Shown here piece by piece: positions 9,202-19,631 of a stretch of 64,000 bases of DNA. The DNA lies in IMG/VR virus record IMGVR_UViG_3300044946_000175, positions 55,162-119,161 of that record. One strand, given 5' to 3'. This DNA is from a virus. Made by a program: the position numbers and the translations under genes. Within the stretch, counting starts at the first letter, position 1; the number at the start of each line of letters is the position of its first letter. The notes below the pieces were generated by a model. The model was not told the origin of the DNA and made no database searches. It saw only the letters and a list, made by a program, of their open reading frames with translations.

Positions 9202-9921
9202 ATGAACCGAGATAAAATGAAATTCGATCCGGCTATTTCTGAGTTCTGTGAAGAGAGCAACGCCGCTGCGGTGAAGGAATGGGCTGCACGCCTGGGCTGT
9301 TCCGAAGCGGCTGCGCGGATTCTCGCGGAAGCATGGACAGAGTGGCAGCGCCCGCTGTTTGATGCGGCATGGCATGGTCGGGCGGTAATGGAGATTGACA
9401 TTGACAGTCTACGAAAGATAATCGGGCGGAAGATTGATGAGTTGTTAGGCGGGACTCAAGTACCGAACGCGTTGCCGATAACAGTTCAAATGCGGAAGGA
9501 CACGCTTCCTCATCCGCTTTTTGTTTTCAGCAGGACGCCTCAGTTGCACCTTCCCATAGTTCTTTCGATTCAGGCTGACGGACGAATTTACTGCGGAGAG
9601 GACTACATCCTTCCTCCTTATCGAATCGAAATCAGTCAAGGATTGCCATCAAAAACTACAGATAAGAAAGAACTACCACCAATCAAAGCAGAAAAAGTTT
9701 CGTCCTTGCGGTTTGGTCCACACGTCATTTATTGGTGCGATGGCGGCTCATCGTTGGCAGTGGTCGGTCAGTTACACGATGGAACGCGGTGGTACGCTGC
9801 GGCGAATTGGACGAGCAGCCATCCACAAGGCGTTGCATCGACGGACTGGAGCAAAATACACGATGCCGTGGAGTATGGTGCATGGTCAACCGTACCTTTG
9901 TCAGATGGTATATATGGTTAA
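9202..9921 (+). CDS. hypothetical protein
   Basis: 239 aa after GAAGGCAAAAC-ATG. Confidence 0.65.
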   Translation: MNRDKMKFDPAISEFCEESNAAAVKEWAARLGCSEAAARILAEAWTEWQRPLFDAAWHGRAVMEIDIDSLRKIIGRKIDELLGGTQVPNALPITVQMRKDTLPHPLFVFSRTPQLHLPIVLSIQADGRIYCGEDYILPPYRIEISQGLPSKTTDKKELPPIKAEKVSSLRFGPHVIYWCDGGSSLAVVGQLHDGTRWYAAANWTSSHPQGVASTDWSKIHDAVEYGAWSTVPLSDGIYG

Positions 9922-10003
9922 AAGGCGATTTTTTAATTTGCCTTTTTCACGTCCGGGAGTATCATTGGGTGTAAGGACGACCCACCACCAACCGGAGATA
10001 AAA

Positions 10004-10534
10004 ATGAGCGAGACGCAAACTATTCACTGCTTTGAGGCTGCTGGCCTGGGTAAAGCTCCTTTTACGTATGAAGGGATGGTCGATCAGGACATTTCTTATG
10101 GGCAGCGCAATATTGGGACAATCGGAGGTGTCCAGATTTCGACAAAGCCCGGAGGAACGTGTGATTATTGCTCAACCTACATTGTGAATATGTTCCGCAT
10201 TCGCAGCGCTGACGGTAAGACGTTCAAGGTTGGGTGTGATTGTCTTATGAAGACTGGAGATGCAGGGCTTATCCAGCGAGTCAAGAAGGACGTTTCCGAG
10301 ATGGAGCGCAAGAAGCGAGCGCAAAAGAAGATCGACAAGGAAGCGGTCGCTAAGGCACAGTGCGAAGCTCTTTTGTCAGTACCGGCTGTTTGCGGAGTTT
10401 TGGCCGAGCAGCCTCATCCGTCAGCTTACTTTGCCAACGAAGGCAAGACGAAACTAGACTGGGCAAAGTACATGCTTGAAAATCGGTACTACACGACTTT
10501 ACTGGCGACACTCAAAGGCATTGACAAGAGGTAA
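10004..10534 (+). CDS. Zn-finger phage protein
   Basis: FEAAGLGKAPF...CDYC...FKVGCDC; GGAG RBS; family-A promoter 9938-9965. Confidence 0.75.
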   Translation: MSETQTIHCFEAAGLGKAPFTYEGMVDQDISYGQRNIGTIGGVQISTKPGGTCDYCSTYIVNMFRIRSADGKTFKVGCDCLMKTGDAGLIQRVKKDVSEMERKKRAQKKIDKEAVAKAQCEALLSVPAVCGVLAEQPHPSAYFANEGKTKLDWAKYMLENRYYTTLLATLKGIDKR

Positions 10535-10650
10535 TCTCCTGTGGTGGGAGCGCCAAGGAAGGCGATTTTTTAATTTGCCTTTTCAGAAAACGACGCTAAG
10601 ATGGAGTGTGTTGAAGGCAAAACAATAACTTGTCAAGAAAGGACACTCCA

Positions 10651-10803
10651 ATGATCGTTGATTTTTCTGAAATTTTCGACGAAGAGATCTCCCGCGAAGA
10701 CGTCTTGTTGATGAACCGCATGGGTGCATTCGACGTCGAGTCGGCATCGCTGGTTGAGTCACTGGTTGACGCTACTGACCTGGAGAATTCGATACCATTC
10801 TGA
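10651..10803 (+). CDS. small acidic protein
   Basis: 50 aa, AAAGGA RBS, family-A promoter 10575-10602. Confidence 0.55.
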   Translation: MIVDFSEIFDEEISREDVLLMNRMGAFDVESASLVESLVDATDLENSIPF

Positions 10804-10810
10804 GAGACTT

Positions 10811-10956
10811 GGAGCGGTTCAGTGCGAGCTTAATTGCTCGTGCCCAGAGGCGTTATGCGGTCGGTATGAGTCCCTTGTGGCGTCCGATGCAGCAGGCCGC
10901 TGGTAGACCGGTATTAGATCCGGCGGGAGGAACCGACCTCCACACTGAACCGTTCC
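10811..10956 (+). ncRNA. candidate multibranch structured RNA upstream of sigma-like gene
   Basis: 14-bp closing stem GGAGCGGTTCAGTG/CACTGAACCGTTCC enclosing several hairpins. Confidence 0.5.
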
Positions 10957-10982
10957 TTGGTTTTTACAAAAGGATTGATTCG

Positions 10983-11606
10983 ATGAGAACTCAAGAACGA
11001 GCCGCTGAGTTGTACGAGCAGCACAAGAGCCTAGTGGAAGGCATTGCCGTCAATTTTGCTCATAAGTACCAAAAGGACGTCGAAGAGTCTCTATCGCAGG
11101 CCAATTTGATTTTCATGCAGGTCTTTGCGCGTCACGAGGATGCTAAAGGAGACTTCAAAGTTCGTCTCCTGCACCTCCTGCCTCGTCGATTGAAGGGAAC
11201 GCTTCGCATTTCAGATTCCGTGGTCCGATTTGACACTCGCCGTGCGCGTACCTACGAACCTCCGTTCTTTTTTTTATCATGCGATCTTGAGTCCTCGTGT
11301 GAGAAGGAAGATCGTAACAACTGTAGAACGATTGGGATAGATTTTGTGCCAGATATGAACACGGAGGAAGACCCTTCCTTCGACTACCATTCACTGAGTT
11401 CTTTGATCGGTCCCGATGCCGGACTGGTTTTGAACGAAATCGAGAATATTTCTGGTGACGTGGCACTGGTAGTAGGCGATACAGTAAATAGCAAACATGC
11501 GATGTACAAATTTAGAAGGTTCGTTCGCAGTCGATTTGGCTGGAGCCATGAGCGTACCGTTAGAGCGTTTAATGAGTTGAGTGGGTTACGAGTGGAGGCT
11601 ATGTAA
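10983..11606 (+). CDS. sigma70-family (region 2-like) phage transcription factor
   Basis: LYEQHKSLVEGIAVNFAHKY..DVEESLSQANLIFMQVFARHEDAKGDF resembles sigma region 2.1-2.3. Confidence 0.55.
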   Translation: MRTQERAAELYEQHKSLVEGIAVNFAHKYQKDVEESLSQANLIFMQVFARHEDAKGDFKVRLLHLLPRRLKGTLRISDSVVRFDTRRARTYEPPFFFLSCDLESSCEKEDRNNCRTIGIDFVPDMNTEEDPSFDYHSLSSLIGPDAGLVLNEIENISGDVALVVGDTVNSKHAMYKFRRFVRSRFGWSHERTVRAFNELSGLRVEAM

Positions 11607-11791
11607 TGGCAAAACCAAAAAAGAAACCGGCGGACAAAGAGATTGACGAGATCGAAGACCTCGTTGAGTTATTTCAGAAACTCAACGTGGCGGAAGATGC
11701 CTTTAATGGCGATCTTTTCGATGCTTGTGATAGCGAGGCCGATCTGATGAAAGAAAACATAGCCAAGGCTGGATTGTACGAACAGTTGTAA
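11606..11791 (+). CDS. hypothetical protein
   Basis: 61 aa, GGAGG RBS. Confidence 0.55.
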   Translation: MAKPKKKPADKEIDEIEDLVELFQKLNVAEDAFNGDLFDACDSEADLMKENIAKAGLYEQL

Positions 11792-11877
11792 TTTCTTCAC
11801 TTGCACGGATTTCAAATGGTGCGCATTAAGGAACTTATTGAAGAGTACGCCAAGACTGGCGGGAATCCGTGTGATCC

Positions 11878-12084
11878 ATGAAATTTTCCGACCAGCTTCG
11901 TCTGCTTCGCAAGGCACGCGCCTGGACTCAAGACGAGTTGGGGCGCGAGGCGGAACTACATCCGACGGCAATTGCTCACTATGAGGCCGGGAGAAGAAAA
12001 CCGTCGATGAAGAATCTGCTGGCGCTGGCAAGTGCGTTTGGGATATCGACGGATGAACTTCTTGGACGAAAAAAACTATCTTGA
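11878..12084 (+). CDS. XRE-family HTH transcriptional regulator
   Basis: LRLLRKARAWTQDELG...IAHYEAGRRKPS..NLLALASAFGISTDELLG. Confidence 0.92.
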   Translation: MKFSDQLRLLRKARAWTQDELGREAELHPTAIAHYEAGRRKPSMKNLLALASAFGISTDELLGRKKLS

Positions 12085-12114
12085 CGGTTGTGTCAGGTTT
12101 GATAAATTGGTTTC

Positions 12115-12657
12115 ATGGAAGAAATCTGGAAACCAGTTGTTGGATATGAGGGACACTACGAAGTTTCGTCTCATGGAAGGGTTCGTTCTTTGGATAGGCG
12201 GTGTACGTACAAGCCTAGTAAGAAAAATGGCAAGGTTCGTACTGATTTTCTGATTGGGCGTATGTGTAAACAGATAGATCAGGGTTATTATTTTACTGTT
12301 TGGTTGCATAAAGAAGGGTCGAGGCGTTTTTACGTACATCGTCTTGTGCTTGAAGCTTTCGTCGGTTCTTGTCCGACCGGGATGGAATGTCGGCATTTAG
12401 ATGGTAATTCCAGAAACAACTACGCTGTCAATTTAGCATGGGGAACGCACGATGAAAACGAAGCCGACAAAACCAAACACGGAACTCGATTTGGAGGCGA
12501 CACACACCCCATGAGGAAGATTTCTTCTGATTTAGTAAAAGAAATCAGAAGAAGGCTTTCTATAGGAGAGCGTCAGAAGGATATTGCTGAAGATTTAGAG
12601 TTGGGTTGGCGTCATGTTGGTGCAATAGCCAGACGTGAAATTTGGAAAAACGTTTAA
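12115..12657 (+). CDS. NUMOD4-HNH homing endonuclease
   Basis: EEIWKPVVGYEGHYEVSSHGRVRS; VHRLVLEAF...CRHLDGN..NN...NL. Confidence 0.92.
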   Translation: MEEIWKPVVGYEGHYEVSSHGRVRSLDRRCTYKPSKKNGKVRTDFLIGRMCKQIDQGYYFTVWLHKEGSRRFYVHRLVLEAFVGSCPTGMECRHLDGNSRNNYAVNLAWGTHDENEADKTKHGTRFGGDTHPMRKISSDLVKEIRRRLSIGERQKDIAEDLELGWRHVGAIARREIWKNV

Positions 12658-14135
12658 TGAACACACCACTTGGAACACCGTTGCGTCCTTATCAGGATGC
12701 GGGTGTTCGTATGATTAGAGACTGGGACGGTCGTGTACTTCTATGCGACGATCCTGGACTTGGGAAGACGGTCCAGATACTTCAGTACGTTTGGAGGTTT
12801 CTGCCTAAAGATCCGCCTGGGGCGGTGGTTGTTGTGGGACCGGCCCATTCTAAGCGCATATGGGAGAGAATCTCTCGCGAGCACTTTGGTTTTCGGATTG
12901 AACTGCTGGAAGGTCAAAGAGTCGATCCCGATAAATTACCGCTGTGGGACAACGATTCTATACTGGCGATCAACTATGAGATTCTTACTCCTCCGGCAAA
13001 GGACGGAGTGAGCAGCAGTTGGAAACCGAATATGCCGGTGCCGAAAGATTCTTGGTTGGCATGGCTTTTAAAACTACCGATTCGATTACTTATTAGTGAT
13101 GAGGGTCATGCGCTTTCTAATCCACTATCTGCACGTACGAGAGCTGTGAGGCGGATTGCACGCAACACGAAGCGAGTAATCATAGCGACCGGGACGCCAG
13201 TATCGAATCGAGTCCCGTCGTTGTGGGCGCTTTTGAATATTTTGGACCCGGAAGAGTATCCATCTTATTTTGACTACGTGAATCACTACTGTTTTGCGGA
13301 AGAGAGTTTTGGAGAGACGATCTACAAAGGCGCGAGGAATCTGGACCACCTTAACGACCGGCTCAAAGGCAGGCTGCCTGGCGTGCGGGGATGTCTTATT
13401 CGTCGTCGCAAAGAAGACGTCTTGGCCGACCTCCCGCCCATCCGTCACGAGATAATTCCAATTGAGGTGGACCTGCGCGAGTACCGTACGGCGGAGATCA
13501 ATTTTCTGTTGTGGTTGGAGAACGAATACAACAATGAGAAGCCTGGAGAGAGACAGACCAAAGCGCGGAGTCGGTTGGGTTTCTTGAAGCGACTGGCGGC
13601 AAGACTCAAGTTGCGAAATGCACTGGCCTGGATCGATGATTTTCTACAGTCTGGAAACAAACTGCTGTTGGGGGTAGTTCACTATTTCGTCTCCGGGGCG
13701 CTCATGGAGAAGTTCGGAGACCGGGCGGTTTTAGTGGACGGAAGATTGACCGACGTCGCGAAGCACGCGGGATTCAATCGATTCAATACCGATCCGACCT
13801 GTGAATTGTGTGTGGGGAATGTTCTGAGTGCGGGATCGGCATGGAGTTGTACCTCGACTAGCGATTCGGCTCTTTTGGAATTACCTTGGCGCTTCTGCGA
13901 ATTAGATCAATTTCAGTCCCGGACGCATGGCATCGGACGGGGAGTTGCAAATAGAGGATCGCACTTGCGAATTTTTGTCGCTGAGGGGACCATCGAGGAG
14001 GACATAGTAGGGATGATTCAAGAAAAACACGATCAGGCAGCGGAGATTTTAGATGGTGGTGCAAGCGAAGAATTCAATCTGGACGATTTGATTTTCAGGA
14101 TGAAGAGCCGACATGGAAGAAAGGATTCTATATGA
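12657..14135 (+). CDS. SNF2-family helicase
   Basis: LRPYQ, DDPGLGKT, DEGH, ATGTP, QFQSRTHGIG. Confidence 0.88.
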   Translation: MNTPLGTPLRPYQDAGVRMIRDWDGRVLLCDDPGLGKTVQILQYVWRFLPKDPPGAVVVVGPAHSKRIWERISREHFGFRIELLEGQRVDPDKLPLWDNDSILAINYEILTPPAKDGVSSSWKPNMPVPKDSWLAWLLKLPIRLLISDEGHALSNPLSARTRAVRRIARNTKRVIIATGTPVSNRVPSLWALLNILDPEEYPSYFDYVNHYCFAEESFGETIYKGARNLDHLNDRLKGRLPGVRGCLIRRRKEDVLADLPPIRHEIIPIEVDLREYRTAEINFLLWLENEYNNEKPGERQTKARSRLGFLKRLAARLKLRNALAWIDDFLQSGNKLLLGVVHYFVSGALMEKFGDRAVLVDGRLTDVAKHAGFNRFNTDPTCELCVGNVLSAGSAWSCTSTSDSALLELPWRFCELDQFQSRTHGIGRGVANRGSHLRIFVAEGTIEEDIVGMIQEKHDQAAEILDGGASEEFNLDDLIFRMKSRHGRKDSI

Positions 14136-14446
14136 TTTGCCTTCACTGCAAGAAGACCGAAGCGACTAAACCGCGAGGACTCTGCTGGTTCTGTTACGCC
14201 GACAAAAATGTTCGGCGGCTTTACGCATCGAAAGTTCGACGGGGAGTTGGTGCTGAGCATAAGATCCTCTGTGATTGTTGTGGACGATCTCCGAGAAACA
14301 ACAAAACCATGAAGATGGAAGGCTGGATGGTGCGTTCGATGCGGCAATATGGTTTTCCATCCCTGAATGAGACTTTCTGTCCCTCTTGCTTTAAAGAATT
14401 CGAATGGGGCGATTCTCTTACCAAAATCGTGGGAGTTCAAGCGTGA
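14132..14446 (+). CDS. Cys-rich Zn-finger protein
   Basis: four CxxC-type motifs. Confidence 0.6.
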   Translation: MICLHCKKTEATKPRGLCWFCYADKNVRRLYASKVRRGVGAEHKILCDCCGRSPRNNKTMKMEGWMVRSMRQYGFPSLNETFCPSCFKEFEWGDSLTKIVGVQA

Positions 14447-14691
14447 AAGACGAAATACCATCTGTTCTTTGCAGCGTAACACGCTCATATTCGTACAAAC
14501 TTAATTGCGGCGGATATGAAACTCGTGATTTCTTCTGCTCGCAGACGTGCGAATGCCGCCTGGATGACGCCGAAGAGACGTCTCGCAAGGTGTATCAATT
14601 CTGCAAGAAGCAGGTGCTGGAGTCGGTCGAGGAATATTGCCGAGAGCACGACATGATGGATCATTTTCAGAAGAAAGAAGGCAGACGTTAA
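14443..14691 (+). CDS. hypothetical protein
   Basis: VTRSYSYKLN.GGYETRDFFCSQ; GTG start with GGGAG RBS. Confidence 0.55.
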   Translation: MKDEIPSVLCSVTRSYSYKLNCGGYETRDFFCSQTCECRLDDAEETSRKVYQFCKKQVLESVEEYCREHDMMDHFQKKEGRR

Positions 14692-14693
14692 AC

Positions 14694-15578
14694 GTGCCAG
14701 CAATTCGCGATGTTTTGAAAGAACTTGGCATTCGTTTCTACGAACACGGAGACTCTCCGTATGTATCTGAGGGATGGCTAGGAGCTAAATGTCCATACTG
14801 TGGACGAGGAGGCAAACCAGGACTTGGTATTCACTTGCAAAAGTTCTCCGTGTCTTGTTGGAAGTGCGGATCGGCAGGTAAGTGGCTCCCACGTGTGTTA
14901 GCAGACATGAGCGGTCAGTCGATTCCAGTCATCCTGAACTTACTAGCCGGTCTGGATACTTTCATTCCAGGCGAGAAGCTCAAAACGACCGGTAAGTATG
15001 CTCCCCCGGCTGACGTAGGACCGCTACTTTCGGCGCATGAGCGGTATCTCAAAGACGAAAGAGGACTCGATCCTGATGAGATGGTGCGTGTTTGGGGATT
15101 GGGTGGAATTGGAATCAGTGCTGAGTATCAGTGGAGATTATTTACGACGGTAACTTTACACAATCGACCGGTGAGTTGGTCAACCCGTGCAATTGGTAAA
15201 GTAGCGTCTGGGAAGTATCTCCATGCCAAACCGCATATGGAGAGTGTACCGATCAACGACACAATTTTCGGCATGGATTATGTGAAACATGCGGTTATTA
15301 TCGTGGAAGGGTGGATGGATGTGATGGCTATCGGTCCTGGCGCGGGTGCCATTTATGGACTGAAAACCAGTACGGCACAATTACTGTCGTTTAGCAAAGT
15401 GCCGGTTAGATACATTGCTTTAGATGCCCAATCGTTTGCAAAAAGGCGAGCGGAAGAATTAGCCGCTAACCTGAGTTTATTTCCCGGTCGCACGGAATTG
15501 GTTACGCTGGAAACCGGAAAAGATCCGGCGGAGTGTTCTGAATCTGAGCGGAAGGAACTACGAAAACTACTGGAGTGA
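14694..15578 (+). CDS. DNA primase (Zn-finger + TOPRIM)
   Basis: CPYC...CWKC; IIVEGWMD; IALDA; KDP; start uncertain. Confidence 0.85.
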   Translation: MPAIRDVLKELGIRFYEHGDSPYVSEGWLGAKCPYCGRGGKPGLGIHLQKFSVSCWKCGSAGKWLPRVLADMSGQSIPVILNLLAGLDTFIPGEKLKTTGKYAPPADVGPLLSAHERYLKDERGLDPDEMVRVWGLGGIGISAEYQWRLFTTVTLHNRPVSWSTRAIGKVASGKYLHAKPHMESVPINDTIFGMDYVKHAVIIVEGWMDVMAIGPGAGAIYGLKTSTAQLLSFSKVPVRYIALDAQSFAKRRAEELAANLSLFPGRTELVTLETGKDPAECSESERKELRKLLE

Positions 15579-15582
15579 GAAG

Positions 15583-15945
15583 ATGTGTTACATCGACTTG
15601 GAGCCATGCACGATCTGGAATGAAACCCACCACAAGGCGCGCAAGGAGCACACTTGTTCGTGCTGCGGACGCACCATCCGAGTCGGTGAATGCTACATGA
15701 CTCACTTTTCGATCTTCGAGGGCGAGACGACTTCAGAGAAATGCTGTAATGACTGTGAGGAAGATCGACAAGTCTTTGCTGATGCTCATGAAGGAACGCT
15801 TTGTTCTCCAGGATGGTTAGAGAATTTGTTGAGGGATTGTATCTCTGACGGTGATGATGACACCGATCCGTGGAAGTTGATGCTAGGTCGCATCAAAAGC
15901 CGCACAAAACCCGACCCCCAGACTAGAGAGGTTGGAGTGCAATGA
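15583..15945 (+). CDS. Zn-finger phage protein
   Basis: KARKEHTCSCCGRTI..GE.Y...CNDC. Confidence 0.7.
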   Translation: MCYIDLEPCTIWNETHHKARKEHTCSCCGRTIRVGECYMTHFSIFEGETTSEKCCNDCEEDRQVFADAHEGTLCSPGWLENLLRDCISDGDDDTDPWKLMLGRIKSRTKPDPQTREVGVQ

Positions 15946-16136
15946 CTGACGACGAAATCGATGGTTTAATCTATGAAGCTTTTCGTCAGTCTGGAGCATT
16001 AATTCCTCAGACTATTGCAGAAGTGGAACAGGCGGAAAAGGAGATGGAGGGAATTGAAATCGAACTTCCTGAATCCCTTCGCGATCCAGAAGCCGTTTGG
16101 AATAGAATACAGACTAAAAGACAAAATAATGAATGA
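15942..16136 (+). CDS. hypothetical protein
   Basis: 64 aa, coupled. Confidence 0.55.
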   Translation: MTDDEIDGLIYEAFRQSGALIPQTIAEVEQAEKEMEGIEIELPESLRDPEAVWNRIQTKRQNNE

Positions 16137-16911
16137 TTTCTTCTCACCTACTGCCAGTCCAAATGACCGCCAAAAGAAAAAAGGCCATTTTGTCTTCCAT
16201 CCTGGTGAGAAGCAGCCTGACAAGATGCGACGGGCCTTGGAGGAGATCGACACGACGCGGGCCAAGAAATTGCGCGACTTCGCGAGAAAACAGGGATGGT
16301 TTGTACAGTCTGGAGATCAGCACTGGGAAGAGCCGCTCGCTTCGCTCCGGATTGGTCTTGAGGATTCGGATCGAATCGATGTGATTCTGGACTGGTACAT
16401 TGGCTGGTGGAAGGCAGGTAAGTATCCGGAGGTCAAGACCGGACAGCAATTGAAGAACGTTTGGAACTGGTTGTCGGATCTGTTCAACGAGCACAACGCG
16501 GCGAGCATTGAGATTTCCGCGACTGCCAGGCGCATTTGTACGACGCTCAACCGCTCCGCGCACGACGAACGATTGGTCGTGGCCGTGCAGCAATCTCTGA
16601 ACAACTATACCGCATTCCGTGACAAATTATTTTCTGTGATGAAGAAAAGAGGCGATATAGCAGATAGGGAAATGCGCACGGACTCGGTGGCAATCCGGCT
16701 CAAAATGCTCTTGTCCGGAAATTCCCTGCCCGACGCGCGGATGTTCGTGATGGAGTGGTTTCGGGCGATTCTGAACCGGTGTCCGGACTTCGACGGGAAC
16801 TGGAAGCGCCTTGTCGTGTCCGAAATAAATGATCGATTCATGGGTCGTGTGAGGTTTTTGCTTGGTGAGCACGCCAAGCAGGTTTTAATGGAAGTAGAAG
16901 GCAAAACATGA
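16129..16911 (+). CDS. hypothetical protein in replication module
   Basis: 260 aa between primase and helicase. Confidence 0.65.
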   Translation: MNDFFSPTASPNDRQKKKGHFVFHPGEKQPDKMRRALEEIDTTRAKKLRDFARKQGWFVQSGDQHWEEPLASLRIGLEDSDRIDVILDWYIGWWKAGKYPEVKTGQQLKNVWNWLSDLFNEHNAASIEISATARRICTTLNRSAHDERLVVAVQQSLNNYTAFRDKLFSVMKKRGDIADREMRTDSVAIRLKMLLSGNSLPDARMFVMEWFRAILNRCPDFDGNWKRLVVSEINDRFMGRVRFLLGEHAKQVLMEVEGKT

Positions 16912-17126
16912 AATATTATTATTGGGGAAGACCGATGGAGTCGAAGAAGTTTCACATCTTTCCGGAACCGAACTTTTCTACGTCCCTTTGCGGCAAGTGG
17001 ATGTTGACTCCGGACAAGGAGCAGCCCAAAACAGAAGTCATCTGCGAAGCAACGAAGGAAGATTGCAAAGAATGTGTCAAGCGATTTAACAAGATGATTG
17101 AAAAGGCAAGTAAGGAATCTGCCTGA
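16908..17126 (+). CDS. small Zn-binding protein
   Basis: FHIF...SLCGKW...CKEC. Confidence 0.6.
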   Translation: MKYYYWGRPMESKKFHIFPEPNFSTSLCGKWMLTPDKEQPKTEVICEATKEDCKECVKRFNKMIEKASKESA

Positions 17127-18520
17127 TGAAAGTGCAGCAAGTCGATAGCTCGCCCGACCGTATGATTCTGGTCGCTATGATTACATCGACGGCTGTTCTG
17201 GCAGGTGTTGCAAGCAAGTGGGACGGCAAACTGTTCGCATCGACATGGGCCAACAAGATCGCCGGTTGGGCGGTCGAGCATTTTAAAAAGCACCAGCAAG
17301 CGCCAGACAGTTCCATCACGGTCTATTTCGAAGAGTGGGCAGCTAGTAATGGGAGCGACAAGGACAATATAGAGTCGATCAGTTCGCTTCTTGCCTACCT
17401 CTCTCGTGAGGGTTTTAAGGCTCAGCACAACCATACTCCTGACTTCGTGCTCGACATTGCCGCCAAGCACTTCACTCGCAACCGGATCGCCGCGACCAAC
17501 CGAGCCGCAGAAGCCGATCTGGAGATGAATGAGGTTGACCGCGCGGCCAAACGAATATCAGAGTTTAGAAAAATCGAGATGGGAAATGGTGTATACGACA
17601 CTTTTGGGTCTGAATCACTCATTCAGGAGTTGTTCGCGGTCAGGGCCGAGCCGCTCATTAAGTGGAAATCGAAGGCAATTAATAACTTCTTCGACACATC
17701 ACTGGAGCGGGATGGGTTCCTTGCTTTTTGGGGAAAGAACAAAGTCGGAAAGTCATATTTCCTTTTGAATATAGCATGGCAGGCGTACATCCAAGGATTG
17801 AAGGTGGCCTACTTTGTTGTGGGGGATATGAGCAGACTTCAGGTATGGCCTCGTTTGATTGAGCGCGCCGCGAGACGATCCATGCGAGTCGATCCTCATG
17901 GGTGGGACTTGCCTATCGAGATTGAAAACGTCGGACGGGAACTGCCGATTGTCAAGTACGATAAGCGGCACGCCGAAGCGGATATGACGCCGGATGATTG
18001 TTTGGAATTGTTCGGTCGAGTCAGGGAGCGGTTCGGGACTGGCTTGCGAGTGAGAACATGGCCTTCACTATCGGTTTCCATTCACGGTCTAGAAGCGGAA
18101 CTCTCGGCATGGGAATATGATAACTTTCAAATTGATGTTGCGGTAATCGACCATGCCGATAATCTTGCTCCAGTATCGAACGAAAAAGGAGCCGACAAGA
18201 GAGATCAGATTTATACCACCTGGAAGTTGATGCGTGCCATGTCCCAACGTCGGCATGCTTTGGTAGTCACCGCAAGTCAGGCCGATACTAAGTCATTTCA
18301 TGCCAGGATACTTACACGAGATAATTTTTCAGATGATCGGCGCAAACTTGATGACGTGACGGGCACTATTGGCATCAACCAAACGGACGAGGAGAAGATA
18401 GCTAATCTCTATCGGCTGAATTGGATAAATGGACGTACACTCCGTTTTGCGGAAACGGAGTGTTTGTGGTTGGCTTCGTGCCTACCGATTGCGGACCCAA
18501 TGGCGATTGGGACGTTCTGA
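17126..18520 (+). CDS. dnaB: DnaB-like replicative helicase
   Basis: Walker A GKNKVGKS, VIDHAD, VVTASQ, GINQ. Confidence 0.82.
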   Translation: MKVQQVDSSPDRMILVAMITSTAVLAGVASKWDGKLFASTWANKIAGWAVEHFKKHQQAPDSSITVYFEEWAASNGSDKDNIESISSLLAYLSREGFKAQHNHTPDFVLDIAAKHFTRNRIAATNRAAEADLEMNEVDRAAKRISEFRKIEMGNGVYDTFGSESLIQELFAVRAEPLIKWKSKAINNFFDTSLERDGFLAFWGKNKVGKSYFLLNIAWQAYIQGLKVAYFVVGDMSRLQVWPRLIERAARRSMRVDPHGWDLPIEIENVGRELPIVKYDKRHAEADMTPDDCLELFGRVRERFGTGLRVRTWPSLSVSIHGLEAELSAWEYDNFQIDVAVIDHADNLAPVSNEKGADKRDQIYTTWKLMRAMSQRRHALVVTASQADTKSFHARILTRDNFSDDRRKLDDVTGTIGINQTDEEKIANLYRLNWINGRTLRFAETECLWLASCLPIADPMAIGTF

Positions 18521-18705
18521 ACCGGCAAACCGAGTTCGCGGCGCGCCTCCACTTCTGACAGAAATGGATTTTCTGCCAAAAGACGAAGTAACAGGTATTC
18601 TTTCTTCTTTTTGTCCATGATGTCTTTGCCTTTTCGGGCAATACGTCGATATGATGTAGTATAGGGTTGGTACGTGTACGTTTACAATGTCAAATGGTAA
18701 GCAAA

Positions 18706-19533
18706 ATGTTTCCTGTCGATAAGAAAGCTCTCGTCGAACTCCTCACCTCACTTGGGGTGGACACCGCCAAGGACTGGGATGTTCAAGTCCTTCAAGAAAA
18801 GGTGAATACCAATGGGATTACTTACTACTTGCCTTCGACTGGTCTTCCGGAGTTGGATGCCGATGCGAAATTTTTGCTAGGCGAGTGTATGGAGCGGCAG
18901 AGTCGAGGAGAAAAACTGGAGGTGATCGCCGATCCTCTCGCGTACATCTCTCAACCAGTCTCAACTTCTGTTTCGTCGGAGCCAGAGAAGACAGCGGAAG
19001 CTGAAGATGTGACGGGTTCACTATCGACGGAAACGAACACAGAAGCGATTTCCGGGCAGGCCGATGTTCTTCCTGGTCCAGAACCTTTTCCGCCTCCCGC
19101 CAAGCAAAAAAAGCAGCGCACTTCGCGAGAGCCTGCGAAAGAACGTAAGTCGAAACCACACAAGACACAGAAGAAAGCAAAGAAGTGGAAGCCAAAAATA
19201 CTCTCCGTGACTGATCGCGGTGCGGGAGTGACTCGTACGATTATCGAGGAACTCCAGAAGGCAGGCAAGGAAGGTAAGCCGATCACCAAGAGCAAGCTGT
19301 TGAAGATAATGGTGAAGGCATTTCCGAATCGGCCAGACGGCGAAAAAAAGATGAAGACAACTATCGACAACTTGTTGGGGTCGAAGCTGAAGTCGCAGTA
19401 CGGAATCGATGTCCAAAAGACGAAAACACTGACAAAAGTGAATAACCGTTGCGCGAATTGCGGCCACAAAGTCGTTATGAAACGAGGAGAGCGTCAATAT
19501 TGGATTGACACCAAAGGACGCCAAGTTGGGTGA
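18706..19533 (+). CDS. hypothetical Lys-rich protein (possible C-terminal winged helix)
   Basis: 275 aa, basic C-half. Confidence 0.65.
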   Translation: MFPVDKKALVELLTSLGVDTAKDWDVQVLQEKVNTNGITYYLPSTGLPELDADAKFLLGECMERQSRGEKLEVIADPLAYISQPVSTSVSSEPEKTAEAEDVTGSLSTETNTEAISGQADVLPGPEPFPPPAKQKKQRTSREPAKERKSKPHKTQKKAKKWKPKILSVTDRGAGVTRTIIEELQKAGKEGKPITKSKLLKIMVKAFPNRPDGEKKMKTTIDNLLGSKLKSQYGIDVQKTKTLTKVNNRCANCGHKVVMKRGERQYWIDTKGRQVG

Positions 19534-19536
19534 GTA

Positions 19537-19631
19537 TTTCGGGACCGGTGGATGGCTAGGCTCTCGTCGTGTGAAGCCGAGAGCAGCCTGAAACGGTCGA
19601 AGACTGTCACACGGCACCACCGGTCCCGGAA
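19537..19631 (+). ncRNA. candidate pseudoknotted structured RNA
   Basis: 15-bp closing stem, two inner hairpins, loop CGTGTG complementary to CACACG; followed by T-run. Confidence 0.55.

Noticed and set aside
18614-18633. Partial match of spacer 42852-42886 to TCCATGATGTCTTTG at a putative promoter
   Set aside because: One mismatch, the first three spacer bases are unmatched and extension needs a gap; not significant
19550-19610. Hammerhead-like GAAAC...GTC stem
   Set aside because: CTGANGA core absent and stem I is not adjacent to the would-be cleavage site
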